Assembly (NCBI GenBank): GCA_025060615.1
Contig: JANXBS010000002.1
Span: 65,244 to 129,243, forward strand
Source of the DNA: Anaerolineae bacterium
GTDB taxonomy: Bacteria; Chloroflexota; Anaerolineae; DUEN01
Reading direction: 5' to 3'
DNA length: 64,000 nt
Under the pieces are notes generated by a model. That model had not been told where the DNA came from. It searched no databases and was given only the letters and a program-made list of their open reading frames with translations. The translations under genes and the position numbers were made by a program. This document shows positions 1 to 10,515 of the stretch, piece by piece. The first letter of the stretch is position 1. The number at the start of each line of letters is the position of its first letter.

Positions 1-534
1 GCAACGATAACGCCAGAGGATATCAGCACCGAAGGCCAGTTGTAGGGCCATGGGTGGCAAAGCCCAGATCAGGATAAGCGCCAGATAGGTGGCCGGCGCA
101 ACACGTCCTATCAGCAAGATGGGAGTTGGCAGCCAGAGGAGCATAGCTACGAATACGGCTCCTAGACGGATTCGGCCTGATGCACTCCATCGATCGGCTC
201 GCGGCAAGCGCCGTCCCAGCCATAACAACCACAGTCCCGTGAGCAAGGTTTGCAATACGAAGAAAGTATACTCCTCGATGGGCACCCAGCCCAGTGTCAA
301 TCCGCTGACTAACGTCGGGTCATACCACCAGACGCGGGTCGCAACCAGATAGTTGTCCCAGGGCGTAGTATAAAGCACGGCGATGAACACGTGAAGCAAC
401 ACGACAGCCCAACCTGGCAAATTGTGCAGATGGGCGGGTAAAGCCAGCTTCCGCCGTCGATCGCGCTCCAGCAGCAAAGCGAGCAAGGCCAGGGGTACCA
501 GCAGAAACTGAAAAAGAAAACTAAAATAGGTCAT
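1..534 (-). CDS. Lycopene cyclase domain protein (membrane CrtYc/Yd-type, two fused repeats); 3' end runs off the left edge
   Basis: Not in the ORF track. Manual translation from ATG at 534 gives MTYFSFLFQFLLVPL...YTTPWDNYLVATRVWWY...GWVPIEEYTFF...TYLALILIWALPPMALQLAFGADILWR, open to base 1. PWDN and P-x-EE-x-x-FF are lycopene cyclase signatures. The ATG overlaps the P450 stop (ATGA). Confidence 0.88.
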   Translation of the reverse strand, partial: MTYFSFLFQFLLVPLALLALLLERDRRRKLALPAHLHNLPGWAVVLLHVFIAVLYTTPWDNYLVATRVWWYDPTLVSGLTLGWVPIEEYTFFVLQTLLTGLWLLWLGRRLPRADRWSASGRIRLGAVFVAMLLWLPTPILLIGRVAPATYLALILIWALPPMALQLAFGADILWRYRC

Positions 535-1847
535 GTTAGAGGATGCACTTCCATGATGACCCCTGGCCGGGGTTCCAAAGTGGCGCCCATGTAAGTCGAG
601 ACCCTGTGGTTACAAAGGGTAAGATCGTAACGTTGCAGGATGCGGGCCAACACTAACCGAGTCTCCAGTTGAGCGAAAGCGCTGCCGATACAATTGCGTG
701 GCCCGCCGCCAAAGGGGACATAGGTGAAAGGCGCTGGTCGGAACTCCCCTTGCCAGCGTTCTGGGCGGAAAGCAGCCGCTTCTTCCCAATAAGCCGCGTG
801 CCGTTGTACCAGATAGTAGCTGACCATAATCCTGGTCCCAGCCGGCACTCGATATCCGGACAGCTCCACCTCTCGGGCGGTGAAGCGGTTGCCTACGTGG
901 ATGGGTGGATAAAGGCGCAGGCTTTCCTTGATCACCTGGTCTAGCACGGTCAGCCGGCCCACATTCTCCGGCGTAGGCGGTTGGCGCCCCAGCTCATCTC
1001 GGATCTGCTCTTGGACGGCATCGAACCAACGCCGATGTTGCCCCAGCAGATAGAGCGTCCAGGTTAGCAACGCCGTGCTGGTATCGTGCCCGGCAATGAG
1101 CATGGTCAGCATCTGATCGCGCACTAGCTCATCATCGTCTAGATTCTGTATCAAATGGGTGAGCAGATCGTCGGGTGGGTTAGGATCAGTTCGACGCCGT
1201 CGCAGCAGTGTGAAAAGATGTTGGTTCAATGCCCGGGTCTCGCGCGGCGGGTCACCGGCCCCAGTCAATACCCACATACCTGGGCTGATATACGCCAGCG
1301 TTTTGAGCATGGGCTGCCAAATGGCGTCCAGTTCAGGCAGCAGATCGTGGCTGAAAAACACATCCTCGAAGATCAGCAAGGCTAGCTTGCGCATCTCCAC
1401 TAGCATGTCGTAGCGCCGGCCCGGCTGCCAGGTGTCAACAACTCGATCGGTCAGTTGCCAGAGGTGTCGAGAGCGAGGGATAAAATGCTTGCGATGGCTG
1501 CTGGGGTCCATGATGCGGCGCAAGCGGGCATGCTCTTCGCCGTCAGTGACCAAAATGCCGCGGCGCAAAAGCCGAGCCACAGGGTCATGATTGGGCCTCC
1601 AGAGGTAAGCATCTCGATCGTCTACCAATACCTGCCGCAAAGCTTGGGGACCGGCAATCACCACCGGGCTGAAGCCTGGCAGATTGAGTTGAAAGACATC
1701 ACCGATCTCCCGATGCATCATCTCCAGGATGGGCAAAATGCCGCCAAAGTCACCTCGCAGGATTCGGAGCAAGGCCGACAGGCCAATGCTGGCACTCGAG
1801 TGGGCGATGGTCGGGGGTGAGAGGGGCGCAGTTTGAACAGATGTCAT
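531..1847 (-). CDS. Cytochrome P450, probable carotenoid ring hydroxylase (CYP175A-like by context)
   Basis: I-helix AGHDTS, K-helix ESLR, PERW and heme motif FGGGPRNCIG; translationally coupled to the lycopene cyclase. Confidence 0.93.
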   Translation of the reverse strand: MTSVQTAPLSPPTIAHSSASIGLSALLRILRGDFGGILPILEMMHREIGDVFQLNLPGFSPVVIAGPQALRQVLVDDRDAYLWRPNHDPVARLLRRGILVTDGEEHARLRRIMDPSSHRKHFIPRSRHLWQLTDRVVDTWQPGRRYDMLVEMRKLALLIFEDVFFSHDLLPELDAIWQPMLKTLAYISPGMWVLTGAGDPPRETRALNQHLFTLLRRRRTDPNPPDDLLTHLIQNLDDDELVRDQMLTMLIAGHDTSTALLTWTLYLLGQHRRWFDAVQEQIRDELGRQPPTPENVGRLTVLDQVIKESLRLYPPIHVGNRFTAREVELSGYRVPAGTRIMVSYYLVQRHAAYWEEAAAFRPERWQGEFRPAPFTYVPFGGGPRNCIGSAFAQLETRLVLARILQRYDLTLCNHRVSTYMGATLEPRPGVIMEVHPLT

Positions 1848-1876
1848 ATGCTAGCCTCTTTGCTGTATCACCGGAG

Positions 1877-1933
1877 ATATTAAGGTATTCCTCTGCCTGT
1901 TCATAATGGTTTACCGTTATTTGCTTAGGTTCA
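1877..1933 (-). promoter_or_regulatory. Possible internal promoter with a CarH-type direct-repeat operator upstream of the P450
   Basis: Minus-strand hexamers TGAACC, CAAATA, TAAACC and TGAACA at exact 10-bp spacing (plus-strand starts 1928, 1918, 1908, 1898); -10-like TAATAT at 1877-1882. Confidence 0.4.
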
Positions 1934-1954
1934 AAAAGGATCCCACCAAATGTT

Positions 1955-2410
1955 TTATCTCAAACCGGCCTTGGCCAGATACCAGCGTGTCAGGATCCGT
2001 CGAGCTGTGAACAATGTCCACAGCCCTAGCTTACTGAACAGCAGCCGGGTAAACCAGCCCCAGGGGCCAGGTTTGTGTTCGTATTCGATGTACTCACTGA
2101 TGCGAGTATGGCGAGCATCTACAGGTATGAAGCGATGAACGTGCCGCCAGCGGGCCAGCGGGCCTTGCACCTGGGTGTCAGTGAAACCGTGCTTGCTGAC
2201 GTCGCTATGTATCGCTACCCAGCGCAAGGGTAGAGGCCCCAACCACAATGTAAACTCGGCTTTGGCTCCTTCGTCCAATGGCTCATAGTTATGGATCTGA
2301 ACAAAGATAGGCGGTGGGGTCAGCTTCTTGAGTGCTCGCGTGTCATGATAGATAGCCCTTACCGCCTCCAGAGAAGCGGGCACAGCGAAGGTGTACTCGA
2401 ACACGGGCAT
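1955..2410 (-). CDS. SRPBCC/START-like ligand-binding protein
   Basis: FTDTQVQGPLARWRHVHRF motif typical of SRPBCC proteins; the ATG at 2410 overlaps the photolyase stop (TGATG). Confidence 0.85.
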   Translation of the reverse strand: MPVFEYTFAVPASLEAVRAIYHDTRALKKLTPPPIFVQIHNYEPLDEGAKAEFTLWLGPLPLRWVAIHSDVSKHGFTDTQVQGPLARWRHVHRFIPVDARHTRISEYIEYEHKPGPWGWFTRLLFSKLGLWTLFTARRILTRWYLAKAGLR

Positions 2411-3804
2411 CACTTGCCTCCTCTGGCCCATGCTTGGGCGTAGGCACGTAGCGCACGCTGTCGAGCAAAATGGTGGTCCACAATGGGCACAGGATAATCA
2501 CGGCCGATACGGCAGCCGCTCTTTTTCTGCACCTCGATCGGCATCTCCCACGGTGCATGGATATATAGATCAGGTACGGCAGCCAGCTCAGGTAGCCAGC
2601 GGCGGATAAAATGTCCCTGAGGATCGAACTTCTTGCTTTGGACCACTGGGTTGAAGATGCGGAAGTAGGGGGTTGCATCAGCTCCCACGCCGGCCGTCCA
2701 TTGCCAGTTGCCGATGTTGGCTGCAGGATCACCATCCACCAGGTGATCCATGAACCAGCGTTGGCCCCAGCGCCAGTCAATCAGCAGATCTTTGGCCAGA
2801 AATGAGGCCACAATCATGCGGGCCCGGTTGTGTATCCAACCGGTGACAGCAAGTTGGCGCATAGCCGCGTCCACCACTGGATAGCCAGTGAAGCCGGCCC
2901 GCCAGGCCGCGAAATCGTCAGGATCATTCTGCCAAGGGATATGTTCATATTGAGGACGGAGACTATGCCGGCCTGCGTCTGGGAAATGGTAAAGGATACT
3001 TACATAGAACTCTCGCCAGATCAACTCGCTGAGCCAGCTCTGAGTACCTTCGCCGCTGCCAGCGGTTATTGCCTCTAACGCAGCCACTACTGCCTGACGG
3101 GCCGAGAGCATGCCGAAGCGCAGATAGGGTGAAAGTTGCGAGGTGCCATCCTGATCCAGCCGGTTACGCGCGTTAGCATAGTAAGCAATGGGACCGGCTA
3201 AAAAGCGTTGCAGGCGACGTTGAGCTTCGGCTTCGCCTGGTGGAAAAGCGGCAAGTGGTGTCACCTCCGGTAGGGGAAGGCTAGCCAGCGTAGGGGTATA
3301 CAGGCGCTCGGGAGCAGGCAGCAGATCGACGGCCGTGGGAAGCGGTAGCGATAGCCAAGCCTTCTTGAAAGATGTGAACACGGTATAGGGTGTGCCGTCA
3401 CTCTTGCGCACATTGGCAGGGTGGTGTACAGTTGGCCCGCTTACCAGATGCAGCGGTAGATGCGCGGCTACACGGGCATCTCGGCTCCGGGCATAGGGCG
3501 AGAAATCGGCTTCTGCAAAGATAGCTGTGGCCCCGCTTTCCGCTTGTAGCCGCGTCAATTCGGCCAACGGGTCGCCCTGTCTAATGATTAGGTTGCCGCC
3601 GCGGGCGCGTAAGTCGGCGGCTAACGCCACCAAGCCACCTAGGAGGAAAGTCCGACGTTTTTCACCCGTGTTGGGGCTGCCTATCAACTGGGAGTCTATG
3701 ATAAAGCAGGGGATCACCGGGCTGCCTCGAGCGACTGCCGCTGTCAGTGCGGGATTGTCAGTTAGACGCAGATCTCGGCGAATCCACCAGATAGTGGTGC
3801 TCAT
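2410..3804 (-). CDS. phr: Deoxyribodipyrimidine photolyase (class I CPD)
   Basis: [57 protein letters not shown] and RIFNP motifs; alternative GTG start at 3816. Confidence 0.96.
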   Translation of the reverse strand: MSTTIWWIRRDLRLTDNPALTAAVARGSPVIPCFIIDSQLIGSPNTGEKRRTFLLGGLVALAADLRARGGNLIIRQGDPLAELTRLQAESGATAIFAEADFSPYARSRDARVAAHLPLHLVSGPTVHHPANVRKSDGTPYTVFTSFKKAWLSLPLPTAVDLLPAPERLYTPTLASLPLPEVTPLAAFPPGEAEAQRRLQRFLAGPIAYYANARNRLDQDGTSQLSPYLRFGMLSARQAVVAALEAITAGSGEGTQSWLSELIWREFYVSILYHFPDAGRHSLRPQYEHIPWQNDPDDFAAWRAGFTGYPVVDAAMRQLAVTGWIHNRARMIVASFLAKDLLIDWRWGQRWFMDHLVDGDPAANIGNWQWTAGVGADATPYFRIFNPVVQSKKFDPQGHFIRRWLPELAAVPDLYIHAPWEMPIEVQKKSGCRIGRDYPVPIVDHHFARQRALRAYAQAWARGGK

Positions 3805-4318
3805 CTCTCGCTTCACCTTGGTGCAAGCGCGAATCCGAAGCCGATAAGCCAGGCGTTAGATATCCCCCTCGCACTGTGGCGCCAATCACGATACCGGCGC
3901 TAATCAGCACCAGGTTCTTAATGATGTATTGGCCCTCCAATGTCGGGGCGATGGGAAACACAGTAAATGTAGCCTCTGGAAACAGCAAAAGAGGGGTCAA
4001 AGTGCCCAACATCTGCAGCCAAAGTAGTAGAAGAGTCTCCCGCAAGAAGCGACCGCTGAGCAACCCTAGGCCGATGAGGGTCTCCCAGGCAGCCAGAATC
4101 CACACCGCCATCCTGGGCGGGATAAGGCCAAAGGAGAGCGAAGAGATAGTATTGCCAGCCAGACTCTCAGCGGGACTCAGGCCGGGGAAAAACTTGAGCA
4201 CACCAAACCAGAAAAAGACAAGGCCTAAGCTTAAGCGAAGCAATAGCACACCATTCCGGGCCATCCACGATGTGAGAATCTGGTCGATGTAGTCCAATCG
4301 AGTTGATTTGATCCTCAT
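3758..4318 (-). CDS. DoxX-family membrane protein
   Basis: [18 protein letters not shown]...ETLIGLGLL...[11 protein letters not shown] pattern; about four TM segments. Confidence 0.8.
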   Translation of the reverse strand: MRIKSTRLDYIDQILTSWMARNGVLLLRLSLGLVFFWFGVLKFFPGLSPAESLAGNTISSLSFGLIPPRMAVWILAAWETLIGLGLLSGRFLRETLLLLWLQMLGTLTPLLLFPEATFTVFPIAPTLEGQYIIKNLVLISAGIVIGATVRGGYLTPGLSASDSRLHQGEARDEHHYLVDSPRSASN

Positions 4319-4351
4319 GGTTGGAACCTCCTTGGGGATCGGCCCTCGCTC

Positions 4352-5119
4352 TTACGCTGAGGCCAACCGGCCAGCTTGCGGTCTGATAACGGTCCACAGC
4401 AAGGCCAGCCCCACCACGACAAAGGCCGTCCAGGTGGCTATAGTAACCGCCCCTTCGGACGGGAACTTGACGCCGATGCCGGCCAACGACCATAGCAACA
4501 CGGCCAGATAAGCCCAATCTCGCTCTCGCAAGCTCATGGCCCAGGCTACTGCGGCGACGACGGTCAGCATCACAACCATCCACACAGCGTCGCTAAGGCC
4601 GAATTGGTTCCAGCCGGCATAGTCCAACACCGCCGTGACGTTGGCGATAGTAGCTACAGTAATCCAACCCAGATAGATGCTGAAGAGCGCGTCCACACTC
4701 CAGCGTTCCAAGGCTGGAACCATCCCCCGGCCCAATCGCAGGCGCAGGTAAATGGCGATTAAAGAAACTAGCAGCGTTCCCATCGCCAGCAGTGTGACTG
4801 GAAACTGTTCATAGTGCCAGAGGAAGAGCCAGCCAGCATTGGCCAGGTTAGAGAGGATGAACCAGCCACGCACACCTTCCAGGCGGGGATTGTACCGCTG
4901 GGTAGGCAAGGCCTGATAGATAGTAAAAGCGATCATGCCGATGTAAATCAGCCCCCAGACGGAGAAAACGTAGCCGGCAGGCACGAAATAAACCTGGAAG
5001 CGGTCTGATATCTCGTCGGTGGTCAGCCCGTTCAGAGGCAGAGCGTTAGAGAGTGCATTGATAGTTAACGTAAAAAGGGTGGTCAGGATGACCACGATCT
5101 GTTGGGTTTTGATACTCAT
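4352..5119 (-). CDS. Tryptophan-rich sensory protein (TspO/MBR-like, long form)
   Basis: PAGYVFSVWGLIY, NAGWLFLW and FSIYLGWITVATIAN motifs; multiple TM helices; ATGA overlap with the upstream gene. Confidence 0.8.
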   Translation of the reverse strand: MSIKTQQIVVILTTLFTLTINALSNALPLNGLTTDEISDRFQVYFVPAGYVFSVWGLIYIGMIAFTIYQALPTQRYNPRLEGVRGWFILSNLANAGWLFLWHYEQFPVTLLAMGTLLVSLIAIYLRLRLGRGMVPALERWSVDALFSIYLGWITVATIANVTAVLDYAGWNQFGLSDAVWMVVMLTVVAAVAWAMSLRERDWAYLAVLLWSLAGIGVKFPSEGAVTIATWTAFVVVGLALLWTVIRPQAGRLASA

Positions 5120-6696
5120 GGTTTGACCCCCGTAATAACCGATGGACGGCGGTATGCATCGCTGTCCACCGTGAGCGAGGTGAACGAAGCTCCTGCAGAA
5201 CGCCGAATCATAGTCTGTAGGATGTAGGTAGCGACGCGCAGACCACCTAGGACTGCAGCAGGTATAGACTGGCCGGGGAAGATGCTATCACCTACAAGCC
5301 ATAGGCCTGGCCCCAGCCGTGGGCTCCAAGTGCGTAACAAGTGAGTTTGCGGATAGCCGCCTACCCAACCTCGACATCGGCGGGTAAAGCGTTGAAACGT
5401 TACGGGCGTGCCGGATAGGATCAGGTCGGTTGCATCTCGCAAGCCGGGCAAGAAGCGCTCCGCAGCGGCCAAGATCCGATTGATCTCCGCTTGTTTGTGC
5501 TGCTCATAGGCAATGCGGTCATTTTCATACAATTGCCACCAGAAGTCCAACGACGTATGCGTGCTGATAGTAAGGGCGCGGCGGCCAGCTGGTGCTCGGC
5601 TTTCATCCCAACTGGGGCTGAAGGAGAGAAAGAAAGCATTCCCAGCGGTAACTGGCCCCTCCAGAAGCAGTTGGTGATGTAGAGTGGGCCCAGAAGGCAC
5701 GATGCTTGCATCCACCCCTAGATATAAGACAAACGCTCCCCAACCATCCTTAGGAATACGCGCCCGATATAGGCTGGAGGGCGCATCTTCGGCTAGCAAT
5801 GCGACGACATTAGGTGGCGGCAGATTGAAGACAACTTGTTCTGCTTCCAGAACTAGGCCACGTCTTGTCTCAACCCGCCAGCGATCTCGGGCAGTCCTAC
5901 GTACTCGGACGACTTCCTGACGATAATGCACGACTCCGCCTAGCCGGTTAATTGCCTCAGCTAGACTCCAAGCAATACTGCCTATCCCCCCTGGCGTATG
6001 GCCTACGCCTGTGCGGGAGAGGTCTAAGGCAGCAGCGGCAAAGAGAGCATTGGCCCGTTGACTTGTAGCCTGGGCTGAAATAAGTAATTGGGCGTCTACA
6101 AAGCGACGTAGGCGCTCGGAATGCGACGGTGGCAAGCGCCGGCATACATTTGTCAGCGCATCGCGCAATAGGCCCGGCAGCCGGCTGATTCGGCGCGAGC
6201 GGGTTAACAAAAGTAACCAGTGCCATCCCACCGACACATTGTAAGCTAAATCGGCTAAGCTTTGAGGTGGCCAGGCTGGGTACAGCTTGGCCAGATCCCA
6301 AAGCAGTTCGGCTGTGCGGCTTTGCCACTCCCAGAAAGGTTCCGCCTGAGGGCCAAACTGGCGCAAGCGCTCTTCTTGCCAAGCATCAGGTTTGTTCCAG
6401 CGGACGATGCTATCGCCCGGGGTCAAATGGACCTGCATAGCTGCGGCTTCCTGGCGGGCCTGCCAGTCAATTCCGAAGCGGCGGGCTAGAATGTCTAGAG
6501 GCATGCCCGGAGCAAAGCCTCCGGCCAGGGTTGCGCCTGCATCAAAACGATAACCTTGGTAATAAAAGGTTCCCGCGCACCCTCCGGGATAGGTGTGGGC
6601 TTCCAGCACCGTGACCTGATACCCGGCGAGAGCTAGCTCAGCAGCCGCACTTAATCCGCCTATACCGGCGCCAACGACAATGACCCGCTGCGTCAT
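5116..6696 (-). CDS. Phytoene desaturase-family FAD oxidoreductase, CrtD-like (C-3',4' desaturase)
   Basis: GAGIGG Rossmann motif, PGGCAGTF...FDAGAT, TPVTFQRFTRR..GWVGG and LWLVGDSIFPGQS; located in a carotenoid operon. Confidence 0.8.
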   Translation of the reverse strand: MTQRVIVVGAGIGGLSAAAELALAGYQVTVLEAHTYPGGCAGTFYYQGYRFDAGATLAGGFAPGMPLDILARRFGIDWQARQEAAAMQVHLTPGDSIVRWNKPDAWQEERLRQFGPQAEPFWEWQSRTAELLWDLAKLYPAWPPQSLADLAYNVSVGWHWLLLLTRSRRISRLPGLLRDALTNVCRRLPPSHSERLRRFVDAQLLISAQATSQRANALFAAAALDLSRTGVGHTPGGIGSIAWSLAEAINRLGGVVHYRQEVVRVRRTARDRWRVETRRGLVLEAEQVVFNLPPPNVVALLAEDAPSSLYRARIPKDGWGAFVLYLGVDASIVPSGPTLHHQLLLEGPVTAGNAFFLSFSPSWDESRAPAGRRALTISTHTSLDFWWQLYENDRIAYEQHKQAEINRILAAAERFLPGLRDATDLILSGTPVTFQRFTRRCRGWVGGYPQTHLLRTWSPRLGPGLWLVGDSIFPGQSIPAAVLGGLRVATYILQTMIRRSAGASFTSLTVDSDAYRRPSVITGVKP

Positions 6697-7943
6697 GGGT
6701 TTAGCCTCTCGTTGGTCGAAGCGCGATGCGCCGACGGAGACATAGAGGCCTTACGCGCAGCGTAGGCCGGCGCTGGATTGGCAATGAGGTGCCACCAGGC
6801 GAAAACGAAGACACTAGCTATAATCAGGCTTCCTACGACCCCTGGCGCCCAGGGGCCTAGCGTATCCAGCAAATACCCAGCCCCAGCAGGTGCCAACGCT
6901 CGGGTCAGGCTTTCTAGTGAGGCAGAAAGACCCAACATGCCACCCACCTCCTCGGGATGTACAGCTTTACTGAGAGCACTGTTGAGCAGGGTGTTCAGGA
7001 CGCCACCAGAGCCGGCCAAAGGTACAAGCACCAATAAGAGGATGGGCACATTCGGTGTGAACGCCCATAAGAATAGGGCCCCCGCCATTGTCGCCAGCGC
7101 GGAGATGATCAGCCCTTGCTCTGAAAAGCGGGAGGAGAGCCATGGGATGCCTATGCCTTGAACTAGCACGACCAGCACACCCACATAGGTGAGCACAAAG
7201 CCGGTCATTCGGGCGTCAAGCTTCAGTTGGTATTGAGCATAGAGAGGAAATATGGTCTGAAACCCGGAGAAGGCCAGTCCGAAAAGGAAACGGATACTAA
7301 GCAATGGTCCGACGCGAGGGCGATTGAGCGCAATCCATAGATTCTTAAGCGTGAATTCCTCGCTCTTCTTGGCGGCCAGAGCTTGTCGTCGTTCCTCGTC
7401 CAAAGATTCAGGCAGAAGAAAAACAACGCCGAGAAAGGCAAGGAAAGATAGGCCGGCCGCAGCGAAGGCCGGCACAGCAAAGCCGTATACACTAAGCAGG
7501 CCACCCATGACGGGGCCAAAGATAAAGCCCAGGCCAAAGGCGGCACCAATCAGGCCAAAACCCTTAGCTCGGTTCTTCTCCTCGGTGACATCGGCGATAT
7601 AAGCCTGGGCAACAGAGATGTTGCCACCTGTGAGGCCATCAACCATGCGACTAAGAAAGAGCATCCACAGCGATTGGGCTATGCCCAACAGAATAAAGCC
7701 GGCTACCGACCCCAATAGGCTCAGCATGAGCATCGGCCGTCGGCCAAAGCGATCAGACATACGGCCTAGAATGGGGGCGCCCATCAGTTGCATAGCTGCA
7801 TAAGAGGCCATCAGCAGGCCTACCTGTGTAGGGGAGGCGCCAAAGGTCTCGGCGTAGTAGGGCAGTAGGGGCAGGATAAGGCCAAAACCCAATAGCCCAA
7901 TGAAAACAATGACAAAGATGACAAGCAGTCGATTGCTATGCAT
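6693..7943 (-). CDS. MFS transporter, TetA/DHA1-like
   Basis: Motif A GRMSDRFGRRP and motif C GAAFGLGFIFGPVMGG; 12-TM pattern. Confidence 0.9.
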   Translation of the reverse strand: MHSNRLLVIFVIVFIGLLGFGLILPLLPYYAETFGASPTQVGLLMASYAAMQLMGAPILGRMSDRFGRRPMLMLSLLGSVAGFILLGIAQSLWMLFLSRMVDGLTGGNISVAQAYIADVTEEKNRAKGFGLIGAAFGLGFIFGPVMGGLLSVYGFAVPAFAAAGLSFLAFLGVVFLLPESLDEERRQALAAKKSEEFTLKNLWIALNRPRVGPLLSIRFLFGLAFSGFQTIFPLYAQYQLKLDARMTGFVLTYVGVLVVLVQGIGIPWLSSRFSEQGLIISALATMAGALFLWAFTPNVPILLLVLVPLAGSGGVLNTLLNSALSKAVHPEEVGGMLGLSASLESLTRALAPAGAGYLLDTLGPWAPGVVGSLIIASVFVFAWWHLIANPAPAYAARKASMSPSAHRASTNERLNP

Positions 7944-8012
7944 CGCCTCACTCTCTGATAGGGATTAAGAGATGCTTTCGCATTCACTGCAGCGGCCTAA
8001 AGGATCTACTTT

Positions 8013-9506
8013 CTACTTTTTTTCATGGGTGATCAACCTCTCGACGATCTTGGCTGATAAGACAACGCCGGGGAGACCGGCACCCGGATGCGTACCTGCG
8101 CCAACGAAATAGAGATTATCAATGTCCTCAGAGCGATTATGCGGCCGGAACCAGGCTGATTGGGTGAGCACTGGCTGGATGGAAAAGCCCGTGCCCAAAT
8201 AGGTGTTCAGGCAGTCTCGAAAGTAGCGGGGATCGATCATATGCTCGATGACGATGTGCTGTTGCAGACTAGGCAGATAGTTGTCCTCTAGGAATTGCAT
8301 GATAGCGTCACGATAGGGCCTGGCAGCCTGCTCCCAGTCAATGTTCGCACCCAAGTGTGGCACGGGCGAGAGCACATAAAAGGCCTCATGTCCCACAGGC
8401 GCTAGAGATGGATCGGTGAGAGTAGGCACATGCAGGTAAAGGGAGAAATCCTTAGGCAGAGATTTAGCGGCGAAGATGTCATCTAATAGGCCCTTGTAGC
8501 GTCGGCTAAGGATAATGTTATGCTGGACAAGAGGCGTATCCCGGTAAAGGCGATTCGTGCCAAAATAGATGACCACCAGCGACATACTATATTTGGTCAG
8601 CTTCTGGTAGCGAAGATCGGAGTTGCGCAGACTGCGATGCTGCGGCCGGATCAGGTTCATGTAGGTGAAAGGCACGTCAGCGTTGGAGACAATATAATCC
8701 GCTTCATGCACGGAGCCATCCTTCAGCCGAACACCCACAGCATGCCTGTTCTGCACCAGGATTTCATCCACCTCGGCGTTAAAATGAAAACGGCCCCCCT
8801 GTTCTTCAATTAGACGCGCCAAGGCTCGGACCAAGGCCCCGGTGCCGCCGCGGGTGTACCACACGCCCCATTCCCGTTCCAAATAGTGGATCATAGCATA
8901 GATGGAGGAAGCAGCGAAGGGATTGCCACCGATTAACAGGGGATGGAAGGTGAAGCAACGGCGCAGAAACTCGTCCTGGATAAATGCAGCGACATAGCTG
9001 TAAACTGAACGGTAGGATTGTAATCGAATCAGATCAGGCACTACTCGGAGCATGTCAGTGATATACAGGAAAGGCTTATCGGCCAGATTCACGAAGCCTT
9101 TCTGAAAGATGACCCGGGTAGCGTCAAGAAAACGACGATAGCCCTCCCGGTCAGCTGGATTCCAGCGTTCAATCTGCGACTGCACATAGGCGATGTCGTC
9201 GTTGTACTCAAAATAACGGCCCTGATGGTCGAAAATACGGTAGAATGGGTTGATAGGGATGAACTCGACATAATCCCCTCGTCGTCGGCCGGCCATCTCG
9301 AAAAGTTCATCAAAGAGAAAGGGTGCGGTGATGACCGTGGGACCGCCGTCGAAGATAAAACCATCTCGCTCGAAAGTGTAGGCCCGCCCGCCTGGCTTAT
9401 CCAGCTTCTCGAAGATGTCCACTTGATAGCCACGGGCAGCCAAGCGAGCGCCAGCCGCCAGCCCGCCAAAGCCACTGCCAATGATGATGACTCGTTGGGT
9501 CTGCAT
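8013..9506 (-). CDS. crtI: Phytoene desaturase
   Basis: [19 protein letters not shown] and C-terminal QSAWFRPHN...[17 protein letters not shown]. Confidence 0.96.
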   Translation of the reverse strand: MQTQRVIIIGSGFGGLAAGARLAARGYQVDIFEKLDKPGGRAYTFERDGFIFDGGPTVITAPFLFDELFEMAGRRRGDYVEFIPINPFYRIFDHQGRYFEYNDDIAYVQSQIERWNPADREGYRRFLDATRVIFQKGFVNLADKPFLYITDMLRVVPDLIRLQSYRSVYSYVAAFIQDEFLRRCFTFHPLLIGGNPFAASSIYAMIHYLEREWGVWYTRGGTGALVRALARLIEEQGGRFHFNAEVDEILVQNRHAVGVRLKDGSVHEADYIVSNADVPFTYMNLIRPQHRSLRNSDLRYQKLTKYSMSLVVIYFGTNRLYRDTPLVQHNIILSRRYKGLLDDIFAAKSLPKDFSLYLHVPTLTDPSLAPVGHEAFYVLSPVPHLGANIDWEQAARPYRDAIMQFLEDNYLPSLQQHIVIEHMIDPRYFRDCLNTYLGTGFSIQPVLTQSAWFRPHNRSEDIDNLYFVGAGTHPGAGLPGVVLSAKIVERLITHEKK

Positions 9507-9561
9507 ATCCTAGCCCCGAAGCTACTGATTTCTATCTTAGATGGATGATGGAAAGCCCCCT

Positions 9562-10497
9562 CTATCGGTAACGATTGGTCTTAACTCGCCACCAGATGCC
9601 AGGCAGCCGTGCCAGTTTAGCTCCATCGCTCACGTGAGCCCGTCGGTTAAATACGTCGTAGTTATGAGCTTCGATATCATCGAGGATGCCGCGATAAAGT
9701 TCGGCGGCAGCGGCTACGGCGAAGCGACCATGAGGATGCAACATGGCGATACCGGGTAAGGACTCGGCATAAAGGCGGCGAGCTCGAGCGATCTGAAAGC
9801 GCATAAAGGCATGCCAGCGCTCGTCCACCCGGCCCGCAGCGATGTCTTCCTCCGTGAGGTTGTAGGCTGCTAGCTCATGCAGCGGCAGGTATAGCCGACC
9901 TCGCTGCCAATCCTCGCCTACATCCCGTAAGATGTTGGTGAGCTGGAGCGCCACACCTAGCTTGATGGCATAAGGCACAGCCTCGCTTCCGTTGTAACCG
10001 ATAATATGCATAGACATCAGCCCAACCGTAGAGGCTACCCCATAGCAATAATAGGTTAGCTCATCAAATGTCTGGTAGCGAGTGGTAGTCAGATCTTGAG
10101 CGATGCCTTCTAGCAGGTGTTGGACGTAGAGATCTGGAATACGGAAGCGACGCCTAGTGTCATCCCAAGCCAGCAGCACTGGGTCTTGGGCTATAGCCTC
10201 AGGATCTGCCATCTGCGCTTGCCAGGTGGCTAGCGCACTTCTCGGATCTACTGCCTGGTCTGCAGCTTCATCGCTGACACGGCAGAAGGCATAGAGCGCT
10301 CGGATGGCTTGGCGCTTTCCCCGCGGCATGAGAGCGGTGGCCAAAAAGAAGGTGCGGCTATGAGCGCGGGTGATCTGCTCGCAATGCCGGTAGGCTTGTT
10401 CAAGGGTGTACGATTGGCGGGGCGTCGACACTTCTAACCCGGCCAAGGCTTTGGCCAGGAGTCGATGTTCCCAGTGCTGTAAAGAAGTCGTCGTCAT
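9562..10497 (-). CDS. crtB: Phytoene synthase
   Basis: ALYAFCRVSDEAAD, YCYGVASTVG and LQLTNILRDVGEDWQRGRLYLP motifs. Confidence 0.96.
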   Translation of the reverse strand: MTTTSLQHWEHRLLAKALAGLEVSTPRQSYTLEQAYRHCEQITRAHSRTFFLATALMPRGKRQAIRALYAFCRVSDEAADQAVDPRSALATWQAQMADPEAIAQDPVLLAWDDTRRRFRIPDLYVQHLLEGIAQDLTTTRYQTFDELTYYCYGVASTVGLMSMHIIGYNGSEAVPYAIKLGVALQLTNILRDVGEDWQRGRLYLPLHELAAYNLTEEDIAAGRVDERWHAFMRFQIARARRLYAESLPGIAMLHPHGRFAVAAAAELYRGILDDIEAHNYDVFNRRAHVSDGAKLARLPGIWWRVKTNRYR

Positions 10498-10515
10498 AAC
10501 ATGCCTAACTCCTCA

